Shown here: in pieces, positions 37,226 to 44,859 of the stretch
Layout: each line of letters begins with the position of its first letter
How positions within the stretch are numbered: position 1 is the stretch's first letter
Sequence record: PP971806.1
Direction: 5' to 3' (one strand)
DNA: 50,368 bases
Source of the DNA: Escherichia phage GaoY1-9D
The notes under the pieces: model-generated
Told to the model about the DNA's origin: nothing
Seen by the model: the letters and a program-made list of their open reading frames with translations, nothing else
Database searches by the model: none
Position numbers and translations under genes: made by a program

Positions 37226-38356
37226 ATGGCTATTCAAAAAATCACTGACGAACAATTCATTGCTGAGCGCGAAGCTGGTAAAACACTCCGCCAGATTGCC
37301 CAGGAATACGGGATGAACATCCGCACCGTAGAGCAACGCTCAAGCAACCTGGCCAAGAAAGGTCACGGACACGGTAACAAAGCTGTTGCTAAATATGTTC
37401 CTGATGGATTCGCTGTAAAAGGCACGTCAACCATGATTGATGCGGAAGGTAACGAGAAGATCCGGTGGGTTAAGACCTCAATTGATAATGATCGCCTTGA
37501 GGTTCTGATGGAGCAGGCTCGTGAGGCATTCTGCTCAGAGTTGCCGAAGGCAGATGTGGTAATCCATTCAGGCAATGAGGTCAATTCTGAATTAATGACT
37601 CTTTACCCTATTTTCGATATCCATATTGGCATGATGGCACATCGCCATGAATCTGGTGAGAATTATGACACTAACACGGCAGAGAAATTAATGGGGTCAT
37701 ATTTTGACCACGCAATCTCTGTATCACCAGCCTCAGAGAAAGCTGTGATTTTAGTTGGTGGAGACTTCCTCCACTCTGATGGGTTGGAGGCGGTAACTCC
37801 AGCAAGCGGACACTGCCTTGATCAGGATAGCCGATATGCTAAGCTAGTTTATGTTGCGATTCGCTCAATTCGTGGTGCAGTAGAGAAGATGCTTAAAAAG
37901 CATAAAAATATCGAGATTCAGGTTATAGAAGGAAATCATGACCAAAGTGGAATGATTTGGCTTCGCGCAGCAATTGCTGCATTTTATGAAAACGAGAATC
38001 GCGTGTTTGTTGATACCAGTCCGGCAATCATGCATAAAACAAGATTTGGCTCAACACTACTTGGCTACACGCATGGTCACACCATGAAGAAGGCGGAAGG
38101 GAGATTGGCGGCAATGGCAACTGACTACCGTAAAGACTTTGGCGAATGTGAGTTTGTCTACTGCCACTCCGGCCACTTCCATCATGCAACTGTTACAGAA
38201 TGCACGCTTGGCATTGACGAAGTTCACCCAGCCCTGGCTAGTAAGGACGCATATGCAGCTCGTGGAGGTTGGAGATCATATCGTCAAGCGGCTGCAATCA
38301 TCTATCACAAAGAGTTTGGCGAGGTTGGTCGCCACATTTATCGCCCAGGTATGTAA
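37226..38356 (+). CDS. HTH domain fused to calcineurin-like metallophosphoesterase
   Basis: N-terminal TLRQIAQEYGMNIRTVEQ; motifs DIH, GGDFLHSD, EGNHD, GHTHG, HSGHFHH. Confidence 0.55.
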   Translation: MAIQKITDEQFIAEREAGKTLRQIAQEYGMNIRTVEQRSSNLAKKGHGHGNKAVAKYVPDGFAVKGTSTMIDAEGNEKIRWVKTSIDNDRLEVLMEQAREAFCSELPKADVVIHSGNEVNSELMTLYPIFDIHIGMMAHRHESGENYDTNTAEKLMGSYFDHAISVSPASEKAVILVGGDFLHSDGLEAVTPASGHCLDQDSRYAKLVYVAIRSIRGAVEKMLKKHKNIEIQVIEGNHDQSGMIWLRAAIAAFYENENRVFVDTSPAIMHKTRFGSTLLGYTHGHTMKKAEGRLAAMATDYRKDFGECEFVYCHSGHFHHATVTECTLGIDEVHPALASKDAYAARGGWRSYRQAAAIIYHKEFGEVGRHIYRPGM

Positions 38357-38357
38357 G

Positions 38358-38420
38358 TAGCACTTTTTGCCTAACATGTAGCGCCGGAAGGCGCTATATT
38401 CATATCTCACTCACAGAGGA
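38358..38420 (+). promoter_or_regulatory. intergenic cassette copy
   Basis: TAGCACTTTTTGCCTAA; hairpin TAGCGCC/GGCGCTA; GCTATATT. Confidence 0.5.
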
Positions 38421-38427
38421 TTCAATC

Positions 38428-38601
38428 ATGGTTAAATTATTTTGTGTTAAGAACACATCTAAAACCCTGCCTTTCACTGTTAAAAATCCGTACAGCGCCG
38501 AGTATCAAGGTGACGGTAACTACAAGATTTACGGCGACGATATGACGTGGATTTTTGCGCCTATTGATGGTGCGCTGGTTGAATTTATTATCGCTGACTA
38601 G
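38428..38601 (+). CDS. small hypothetical protein (57 aa)
   Basis: ATG 38428 with RBS AGAGGA. Confidence 0.4.
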   Translation: MVKLFCVKNTSKTLPFTVKNPYSAEYQGDGNYKIYGDDMTWIFAPIDGALVEFIIAD

Positions 38602-38626
38602 CGCATTAAAAACATAACGTTACGAA

Positions 38627-38653
38627 CGGGGAGCCTTTAGGCTCCCCTTTTTT
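38627..38653 (+). terminator. intrinsic terminator
   Basis: hairpin GGGGAGCC-TTTA-GGCTCCCC then T6. Confidence 0.7.
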
Positions 38654-38733
38654 GTGCTTCTTTTCTGTACCGTGCTAATGTATTATGTTTTTTACTAACT
38701 GAGATATTGACAAATAAATAAAAGGCGGATCAC

Positions 38734-38949
38734 ATGAGGGAAGTAATTAACGCTGCTACAGCGTCAACTGGTGGAGCTGCGGTAACTGGCGCGGCAACTG
38801 GTCAAATGACTATAGCAATAATCAGCCTTATCGCTCTAATCATTTTTGGTGCGTGGGGGGCTTACTGGAAGTTTAAAGATAGTCAGGCGATTCGGCGAGC
38901 TCTTGAATCAGGAGACTTAAAAACAGCAATCAAGATAAGGAGCAAGTAA
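38734..38949 (+). CDS. holin (putative)
   Basis: 71 aa with transmembrane segment; immediately upstream of endolysin. Confidence 0.55.
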   Translation: MREVINAATASTGGAAVTGAATGQMTIAIISLIALIIFGAWGAYWKFKDSQAIRRALESGDLKTAIKIRSK

Positions 38950-39435
38950 ATGAAGCAGAAGTTGGTCATTAGCGCAGCGACGGCTGCGGCAATATACATT
39001 GCAGCACCGCTCATTGAGCTCGTTGAGGGTGTGGAGAACAAGCCTTACATGGACATTGCCGGAATCCCTACGGTGTGTTCCGGTATTACTGGCCCCGACG
39101 TAGTTTGGGGTAAAACTTACAGTAACAGGGAGTGCCGGAACCTGCTGGAGAAACACATTCAGATTCATGCTAAGTATGTTCAGAATGCAGTCACCTACCA
39201 AATCTCACCGCAAACAAGGGCGGCTTTAATCAGCTTTAGCTACAATGTTGGCGGCTCAGCGATGAGGAAATCTACTGCCGTTAAGTTAATTAACCAGGGT
39301 AAGATTGAGCATGGTTGCAAGGCTCTCGGGATGTGGACAAAGGCTACCGTTAATGGCAAGAAGGTTGTCGTTAAGGGGTTAGTGAATCGCAGGAATGAGG
39401 AGATTAAGTTATGTTTAAGTGGATTGCGGCGTTAG
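38950..39435 (+). CDS. endolysin (lysozyme, T4-lysozyme-like fold)
   Basis: Glu ... Asp spacing in ELVEGVENKPYMDIAG typical of GH24 lysozymes. Confidence 0.75.
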   Translation: MKQKLVISAATAAAIYIAAPLIELVEGVENKPYMDIAGIPTVCSGITGPDVVWGKTYSNRECRNLLEKHIQIHAKYVQNAVTYQISPQTRAALISFSYNVGGSAMRKSTAVKLINQGKIEHGCKALGMWTKATVNGKKVVVKGLVNRRNEEIKLCLSGLRR

Positions 39436-39800
39436 TAATGTGCATGGCTTTATCTGGGTGCTCAGCAACATCTGCGCTGACTGGTTTAATTGGCAGCAAG
39501 CCAGAAATCAGTGCGCAGGCTGGGGCCGAGAACGTGAAGCAAACGGTAGGCGTTACCGGAAAGGTGGATAAGTCAAACGACAACGACACCACTATCAAAG
39601 ATTCAAAGGTAGGAAAGGTTGATACGTCAAACGGGAAGTCTGTCAGCACCTCAAGCATCAAGGCTGACACCATCATCGCTGATAATATTGAGATCAGGAA
39701 CGATGACTCGAAAGGTAATCTGATTGCCGGACTGGTATTCCTGTTCATTGGCATTCTGATGATTGCTATTTCAATTTGGCTGGAACGACGCAAAAAATAA
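39411..39800 (+). CDS. unimolecular spanin (lipoprotein with C-terminal transmembrane anchor)
   Basis: lipobox LSGC at N-terminus; C-terminal TM LIAGLVFLFIGILMIAISIWL; overlaps endolysin 3' end. Confidence 0.7.
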   Translation: MFKWIAALVMCMALSGCSATSALTGLIGSKPEISAQAGAENVKQTVGVTGKVDKSNDNDTTIKDSKVGKVDTSNGKSVSTSSIKADTIIADNIEIRNDDSKGNLIAGLVFLFIGILMIAISIWLERRKK

Positions 39801-39828
39801 AAGGAGCCGAAAGGCTCCCTTTTTTTAT
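39801..39828 (+). terminator. intrinsic terminator (same hairpin as 10705..10728)
   Basis: hairpin GGAGCC-GAAA-GGCTCC then T8. Confidence 0.7.
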
Positions 39829-39975
39829 CCAAATCTTTGCACCAGTAGCAACAATTCACCTTCATTATTGCACAATGTATGCTCATCACGTCGCCCTGCG
39901 CGCATGGATGAGTTAAGCATTGAAAGAAGGGCTTGGTTAAGACCATCCTCACTGATAGCATTCTCAGAACTGCAT

Positions 39976-40338
39976 CTAATTATCGCGTCGATTACGACCT
40001 GACTTTCCAAATAACTCTCCATCGCTCATCTTCTCTATGTTCATCATCTCCCATGTATAGCGATCACCCTCACCGCCATAGCACTTGAAATGAAATTCAA
40101 ATGGCCTTTTTTGCGCGCCCTTGGACCAGTACCAGTTATTCACGCCGTCAAGGTATCCTTCTGCCATACATCTTGCAATAAACTCCTTTGATGATGATGA
40201 TGCGAAATAGCGAGGAGTCACGCCTGCGGCCTTCGCAAGACGCTCGCACTCCCTGTGCTTGTATATGAATACCGCCAGGTGCTGACGGTTGAATTTTTCA
40301 TAGCCTTCGCAAAAACGGTACAGATCCAGAAGAAACAT
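39976..40338 (-). CDS. hypothetical protein
   Basis: ORF immediately downstream of P-loop protein gene, same strand. Confidence 0.5.
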   Translation of the reverse strand: MFLLDLYRFCEGYEKFNRQHLAVFIYKHRECERLAKAAGVTPRYFASSSSKEFIARCMAEGYLDGVNNWYWSKGAQKRPFEFHFKCYGGEGDRYTWEMMNIEKMSDGELFGKSGRNRRDN

Positions 40339-40341
40339 AAT

Positions 40342-41925
40342 TTACCCCAGCAGTCGCGGATTAATGTAAATTTTATCACCAATCAGGCAAGTGTAGTTTT
40401 TCTCATCCAGCATAGGGATCAGGTGATCTTTGATGCGAGTCATTACACCACTTTGCCCTTCAAAGGGTTTAACCTTACGAGCCGCTTCATATAGGGATCG
40501 GACACCTACAACGCCCTTCCCGTTCTTACCTTGCTTGATCAGAATATCGATCAGCTTATTCATCTCCGCATGGTCGCCAGCATGACCAGCAGCGTTTGCA
40601 GATGACAGATAAGTCTTACTCAGTTCCTGGAACATAATTACCGCTTCCTGCATTGTGTCAAGCTCAATCTCTCTAGACTTCTGCGGACTCCCGCCATTGG
40701 GATTAAACCAGTTACGCACAGTGTGAAGAACAGCAGCGATCCTGATAGCCTGCTTATCGAACTTACCCAGCGCTCCGCGAAGCATTGTGTGTGAATACTT
40801 CCCGCCGTCCGCAAGGTGAGGCTCCATATCCTGACGAGCACGGTTGAGATATTTCATCGCCGACGTGCTCACTGTTAGGTTGACTTCGTGTTCGCTCATG
40901 ATCTCATGGACCAGACGGAAGTAGTCCGCCTTGAGTCCGCCATCAATCGGCTCATATGTTGATTCGCCTTTCTCATCTACGAACACACGCTCACCAAGGA
41001 ATGACTTCTCACGCACAAGCAAGAAACGTTCTGACACACCGATACCACGCGCACCAGCATTCATGATCGCGTTGATTGTTTCATCCTGTGCAATTACAGA
41101 TATGCAGCCCATCGCAATGAAGCTCATGTTATTGTCTGCGTTCGCACGGGCGATAGACACGTTACCAGCATCCCATGCTTTCAGCACAAGCTCGCTGTTC
41201 GTTTTCTTTGAGCCGTCACCATAGGTCATGCCTAACAGTGAGTTCACGCTCGTTGCTTCATCCGAGATCACTGCAAAGTTGCCCTGGCGGTTGTTGATTC
41301 GCGCAAGACCTTCCGGCGTGGTGTCGGATACGGGGAAAACGATGTCACAGAGTCGTTCAAGTTTTTCTTCAAGTTCCTCTTTCTCATCAAACAGAGCCGC
41401 CATATCAGATGGTGATTTCTCCTGCTTCATCTCCTTGGATAGAGCGGAGAGCTTAGCCATAATCTTCTTGCGGTCACGCTTTCGGATCTCGTTGAGTCGC
41501 TCAGTCTCTGCGATCATTGGGGCCAGGGAAAGTGAGTTAATGGCTGATTTACCCGTCGATGGCGGCTGACTGGTTACGACGTACAGCGCGGTCGGCTGTT
41601 GTGTTCCGTGATACTCAACCGTAAATCGGCCCAGCATGGCGGCTGATATGCATCCGAGGAAATGCATGTAAGCGGACGACTCGGGGAACTGAACTGAACG
41701 AGCGGCATTGCTTGACAGCTTACCAACGACATCACAATCGTTACCAAGTGAGATAACCGGATATTTGTCACCGCCTGAGTCAATTTCTGTTGGGGCTTTC
41801 CAGAATGATTGGCTCTGCCTGTATCCGTTCGCATTGATGGCAACGCGCAAAGGTGGCAGGTTATCGGCAGCGGCTACAGCCATGACCTGATCGATTGACA
41901 ATTTATCTTCGTTGAAATCAAACAT
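40342..41925 (-). CDS. P-loop NTPase of unknown role (possible replication initiator or helicase-type ATPase)
   Basis: Walker A QPPSTGKSA; Walker B-like AVISDE; N- and C-terminal modules shared with 46901..47464. Confidence 0.55.
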   Translation of the reverse strand: MFDFNEDKLSIDQVMAVAAADNLPPLRVAINANGYRQSQSFWKAPTEIDSGGDKYPVISLGNDCDVVGKLSSNAARSVQFPESSAYMHFLGCISAAMLGRFTVEYHGTQQPTALYVVTSQPPSTGKSAINSLSLAPMIAETERLNEIRKRDRKKIMAKLSALSKEMKQEKSPSDMAALFDEKEELEEKLERLCDIVFPVSDTTPEGLARINNRQGNFAVISDEATSVNSLLGMTYGDGSKKTNSELVLKAWDAGNVSIARANADNNMSFIAMGCISVIAQDETINAIMNAGARGIGVSERFLLVREKSFLGERVFVDEKGESTYEPIDGGLKADYFRLVHEIMSEHEVNLTVSTSAMKYLNRARQDMEPHLADGGKYSHTMLRGALGKFDKQAIRIAAVLHTVRNWFNPNGGSPQKSREIELDTMQEAVIMFQELSKTYLSSANAAGHAGDHAEMNKLIDILIKQGKNGKGVVGVRSLYEAARKVKPFEGQSGVMTRIKDHLIPMLDEKNYTCLIGDKIYINPRLLG

Positions 41926-41929
41926 TAAA

Positions 41930-41995
41930 ATAACTCCTTAGTTGGTGCGCCAATGTTAACGCACCTATGGTAAAACCGCTTGCCAGAAAATGCTA
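41930..41995 (-). promoter_or_regulatory. degenerate cassette-like element
   Basis: minus strand TAGCATTTTCTGGCAAG then hairpin GGTGCG/CGCACC then RBS AAGGAG. Confidence 0.35.
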
Positions 41996-41996
41996 C

Positions 41997-42346
41997 TTAT
42001 TTATACGCCGCCTCAAATCGATAGGTTCCGCATACTGTTTCGAATCCGACATCATCCGAGCGGTACAGTTGCCAGGCTACGCCGTCGTTGTCGAAGATGT
42101 AACCAGCGTTACTACCGAGTCCTGCGTGCATGTCAACCTGATAGCGTTTACCTTGCGTGAAGTCTTTTTTAACGGAAGACTTGTGATTAATCTTCGTCAC
42201 GTAAAGGGTTTTGGTCTTAATGTATCGGCCATTGACGTCCAGGTTAACCCACTTGCCATCAACCTTGATTTGCTCTACCTCATCTTTCACGCGAGCTTTC
42301 AGAAGGCGGTTATCGGAGGTAACGAAGTTTTTGGTGGTGATTGTCA
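41997..42346 (-). CDS. hypothetical protein
   Basis: internal ATG 42346 with RBS AAGGAAA within track ORF 41997..42458. Confidence 0.45.
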
Positions 42347-42357
42347 TTTTGATTTCC

Positions 42358-42528
42358 TTATTTAGCGTAATTGGTAGAGAATTTAGCGCCAGCAAACTTT
42401 GATGGTTTACGGTTTGCATTGATTGTTTCATAAACCTTCTTAGTATCGCGAGCGTCAATTACCTCAAAAACCATCAAAGCGACCATTGGGAAAACTACTG
42501 CGATAACCATCAAAGTTAAAATAATCAT
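42358..42528 (-). CDS. small membrane protein (56 aa)
   Basis: internal ATG 42528; hydrophobic MIILTLMVIAVVFPMVALMVF. Confidence 0.35.
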   Translation of the reverse strand: MIILTLMVIAVVFPMVALMVFEVIDARDTKKVYETINANRKPSKFAGAKFSTNYAK

Positions 42529-42544
42529 TTTCTCTAGCTCTCGT

Positions 42545-42607
42545 TGTTTCGTTTCGATGGAGTAATAGTATCGCATCCTTGCGATTGTGTTTTAACAAAA
42601 AGTGCCA
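42545..42607 (-). promoter_or_regulatory. intergenic cassette copy (minus orientation)
   Basis: minus strand TGGCACTTTTTGTTAAAA; hairpin ATCGCA/TGCGAT; CATCGAAACGAAAC. Confidence 0.55.
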
Positions 42608-42855
42608 TTTGCTAGTTTGACATATCAATCCAAGAAAATACAAACTAACTCTATTCTAAATCAAACGGTATTGACCTATTGTAAAAGTACATATAACAAT
42701 CATAGTTATGTTTTGGTTGCACCGTCTCAGATAGACACGCCTTTACAGAATCGCGGTCAGATGGATCTACATGCTCAGCCTTAAGTAATGCTAAGATCTG
42801 GTTATAGCGCACCATTAGTTGTACAATTTGCTCCTGCCTCATATTATCTACCCCC

Positions 42856-43086
42856 TTAAAGTTGCTCGGCAATGTAAGAATGACAAGCGCGAAGCTTCAT
42901 TAATGCACTACCTTTCACTTCGCCTACTATGTTCATAACCTCTAATCGATCCTGTGGGTTCATCTTAGCGTGCCAGACATGGTTAGCAAGTTCCAGATTG
43001 CTCATGTTAGGTTCCATCTCAAGCAGCTCTCGCTCGAAGTCTATAACTTCTCTTGCAGCTTCTTTAAAGTTAATCATTTTCTTCAC
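42856..43086 (-). CDS. hypothetical protein
   Basis: ORF with RBS AAGGTG; cassette upstream. Confidence 0.5.
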   Translation of the reverse strand: MKKMINFKEAAREVIDFERELLEMEPNMSNLELANHVWHAKMNPQDRLEVMNIVGEVKGSALMKLRACHSYIAEQL

Positions 43087-43094
43087 CTTTCTTT

Positions 43095-43156
43095 ATTTCG
43101 TTTCGATGGGATGAATATACAGGAAAAGCCCCGAAGGGCTTTAGCAATTCGTGCTA
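43095..43156 (-). promoter_or_regulatory. intergenic cassette copy (minus orientation)
   Basis: minus strand TAGCACGAATTGCTAAA; hairpin AGCCCTTCGGGGCT; TGTATATT; CATCGAAACGAAAT. Confidence 0.6.
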
Positions 43157-43302
43157 TTTCGTGCTTTCTCTATCGCATTTAGCATTGTTTCATGGCTCTC
43201 GAGCAAATCCTCGTTAAACCAATCACCGCATGGCCATCCCTTTCCGCTATAGGCACTAATGACTTCCAGATCGAAGTAGTTTATCTCAGATGGCAGGAGC
43301 AT
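43141..43302 (-). CDS. small hypothetical protein (53 aa) ending NSTNC, translated through the cassette dyad
   Basis: ATG 43302 overlaps upstream stop; RBS GAGGTG; stop TAA inside dyad. Confidence 0.3.
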   Translation of the reverse strand: MLLPSEINYFDLEVISAYSGKGWPCGDWFNEDLLESHETMLNAIEKARNSTNC

Positions 43303-43541
43303 CACTTCACCTCATCAAAAGTTGCAACCCCAGGGATGAACATCCCAACCTTCCAGCCTGCGATAGCAACCCAGCCAGAATCGTGCTTGTGCGGTCGCTC
43401 AGCGCCATTAATCACCCATTCGTTCGGGATTGTCTTACCTTTAATGATTAGAGGCTCAGCGTCGTATACAGAGCCTTTTACGAACGGTGTCAAAACCTTC
43501 TTGTCGGTGCTGGTTATTACGTTAGTGCATCGAATCTTCAT
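43302..43541 (-). CDS. hypothetical protein
   Basis: internal ATG 43541 with RBS GGAG; track ORF 43302..43559. Confidence 0.45.
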   Translation of the reverse strand: MKIRCTNVITSTDKKVLTPFVKGSVYDAEPLIIKGKTIPNEWVINGAERPHKHDSGWVAIAGWKVGMFIPGVATFDEVK

Positions 43542-43542
43542 G

Positions 43543-43926
43543 TTAAACTCCGTAATCAATTTTTACGAGATGGCCATTATAGTAACCAAAGTTTTTAGGT
43601 AAAGCGTCATACTCAAAGAAATCTTTATCAAGTTTCTGCGGCTCATTTGACGCATATGTGTACAACCTCTCTAGCTCAATCCAGAACAAGCCTTTATGAT
43701 TAACTGGTCTTGCTCTGGTCATAACTACAACTAAGCCAAATTTATTTGAATACTTTATTGGACAAAGGAACTTATTGTCATAACCTTTCCATTGCCCTTC
43801 GGTTATGTTGCTTAACATACCTTGAACAAAATTCTTCCATGTGTTTGCTCTCGGTAGCTTTATGGCGTACTTTTTGGTTAAAATAACTAACCTTGTACCT
43901 CCAGATCTAATTATCTTCATTTCCAC
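43543..43926 (-). CDS. minimal protein-kinase-like protein (putative)
   Basis: ordered motifs RSGGTR, YAIK, YDALPKN, KIDYG in 127 aa. Confidence 0.4.
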   Translation of the reverse strand: MEMKIIRSGGTRLVILTKKYAIKLPRANTWKNFVQGMLSNITEGQWKGYDNKFLCPIKYSNKFGLVVVMTRARPVNHKGLFWIELERLYTYASNEPQKLDKDFFEYDALPKNFGYYNGHLVKIDYGV

Positions 43927-43929
43927 CCC

Positions 43930-44145
43930 TTAGAACGGTATTCCGTCATCAAATTTTAAGCGGTAGTCGAAGTCATCCCCGATCCCATCTACTGACTGGT
44001 TGCTTTCGCTTTCCAGATCCATATCCATAACGCCCAACGCGTCATCGAGTTCGATGCATCCGTAAGCAACCTTGAGCGCCCACTCTTCATTAAGTCCGGC
44101 TTCAAGTGCCGCGCGGTGGCGGCTCCAGAAATTATCTTGATGCAC
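43930..44145 (-). CDS. small acidic protein with SSB C-terminal-like tip (FDDGIPF)
   Basis: 71 aa, Asp/Glu-rich, ends KFDDGIPF; compare SSB end QFDDDIPF at 28201. Confidence 0.5.
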   Translation of the reverse strand: MHQDNFWSRHRAALEAGLNEEWALKVAYGCIELDDALGVMDMDLESESNQSVDGIGDDFDYRLKFDDGIPF

Positions 44146-44147
44146 TG

Positions 44148-44372
44148 TTAGCTCCAGGAATTGATGTAAAGTGAGTTATCGTTTAACAGGTTGACCATCT
44201 CGGCGCGGGTAAGGCTACGGATGATTGAGCCTGGATGAGTGCCAACAACGTAGCGGTCGAACTCACGGCGCGTAATGGTGATTTGGCTAACTCCTGCGGC
44301 GCGGTCAAGTTTGATGATTGCGCGGCCTTTGGCTTCGATATGTGCTACTACGTTCTGAGCTTTAACTGACAT
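44148..44372 (-). CDS. hypothetical protein
   Basis: ORF with cassette upstream. Confidence 0.5.
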   Translation of the reverse strand: MSVKAQNVVAHIEAKGRAIIKLDRAAGVSQITITRREFDRYVVGTHPGSIIRSLTRAEMVNLLNDNSLYINSWS

Positions 44373-44389
44373 TTTTACTTCCTCTTGTA

Positions 44390-44452
44390 TACTTCGTTTC
44401 GATGAAATGATTATGCCTCAATCCGTGAGGCTTAGTTTAGCAATTAGTGCTA
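44390..44452 (-). promoter_or_regulatory. intergenic cassette copy (minus orientation)
   Basis: minus strand TAGCACTAATTGCTAAA; hairpin GCCTCACGGATTGAGGC; CATCGAAACGAAG. Confidence 0.6.
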
Positions 44453-44453
44453 T

Positions 44454-44780
44454 TTATGCGATGTCGAACTCTGCCGCGTACGCTTCTTTGATACCCGATT
44501 CACGCATGGTGCGCTTGCTGATTTTGCGCGGGTGACGGTACTGAGCGTTAGGCTTAATCCACCAGAAGCAAGCAGTTTCACGAACGATTTCATAAGTGCT
44601 GTAACGAGTGAAAGTATCGCGCTCTGCGTCAGGTTGGGATACACAAGTCAGGTTCTTAACTTCCGGCTTGATTTCTTCCCAAACGAATGAATCCATACCG
44701 TTAACCTTGCAAGCTACCATCACATATTCAACGCCATTTTCGATTTTGATGATGTCGTTACCGCGATTTTCGTATTTCAT
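44454..44780 (-). CDS. hypothetical protein
   Basis: ORF with cassette upstream. Confidence 0.5.
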   Translation of the reverse strand: MKYENRGNDIIKIENGVEYVMVACKVNGMDSFVWEEIKPEVKNLTCVSQPDAERDTFTRYSTYEIVRETACFWWIKPNAQYRHPRKISKRTMRESGIKEAYAAEFDIA

Positions 44781-44789
44781 TTGCTTTCT

Positions 44790-44857
44790 CTATGTGTCTC
44801 GTTTCGATTAAGTAATAATACCCCATCGTGAGATCTGGCGTTTAGCAATTCGTGCTA
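44790..44857 (-). promoter_or_regulatory. intergenic cassette copy (minus orientation)
   Basis: minus strand TAGCACGAATTGCTAAA; TATTATTACTTAATCGAAACGAGAC. Confidence 0.6.
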
Positions 44858-44859
44858 TT

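Noticed and set aside
39825-40022. 65-aa minus-strand ORF overlapping the 3' end of gene 39976..40338
   Set aside because: It overlaps the end of a stronger ORF in a different frame and runs into the region after the plus-strand terminator; no independent start signals.
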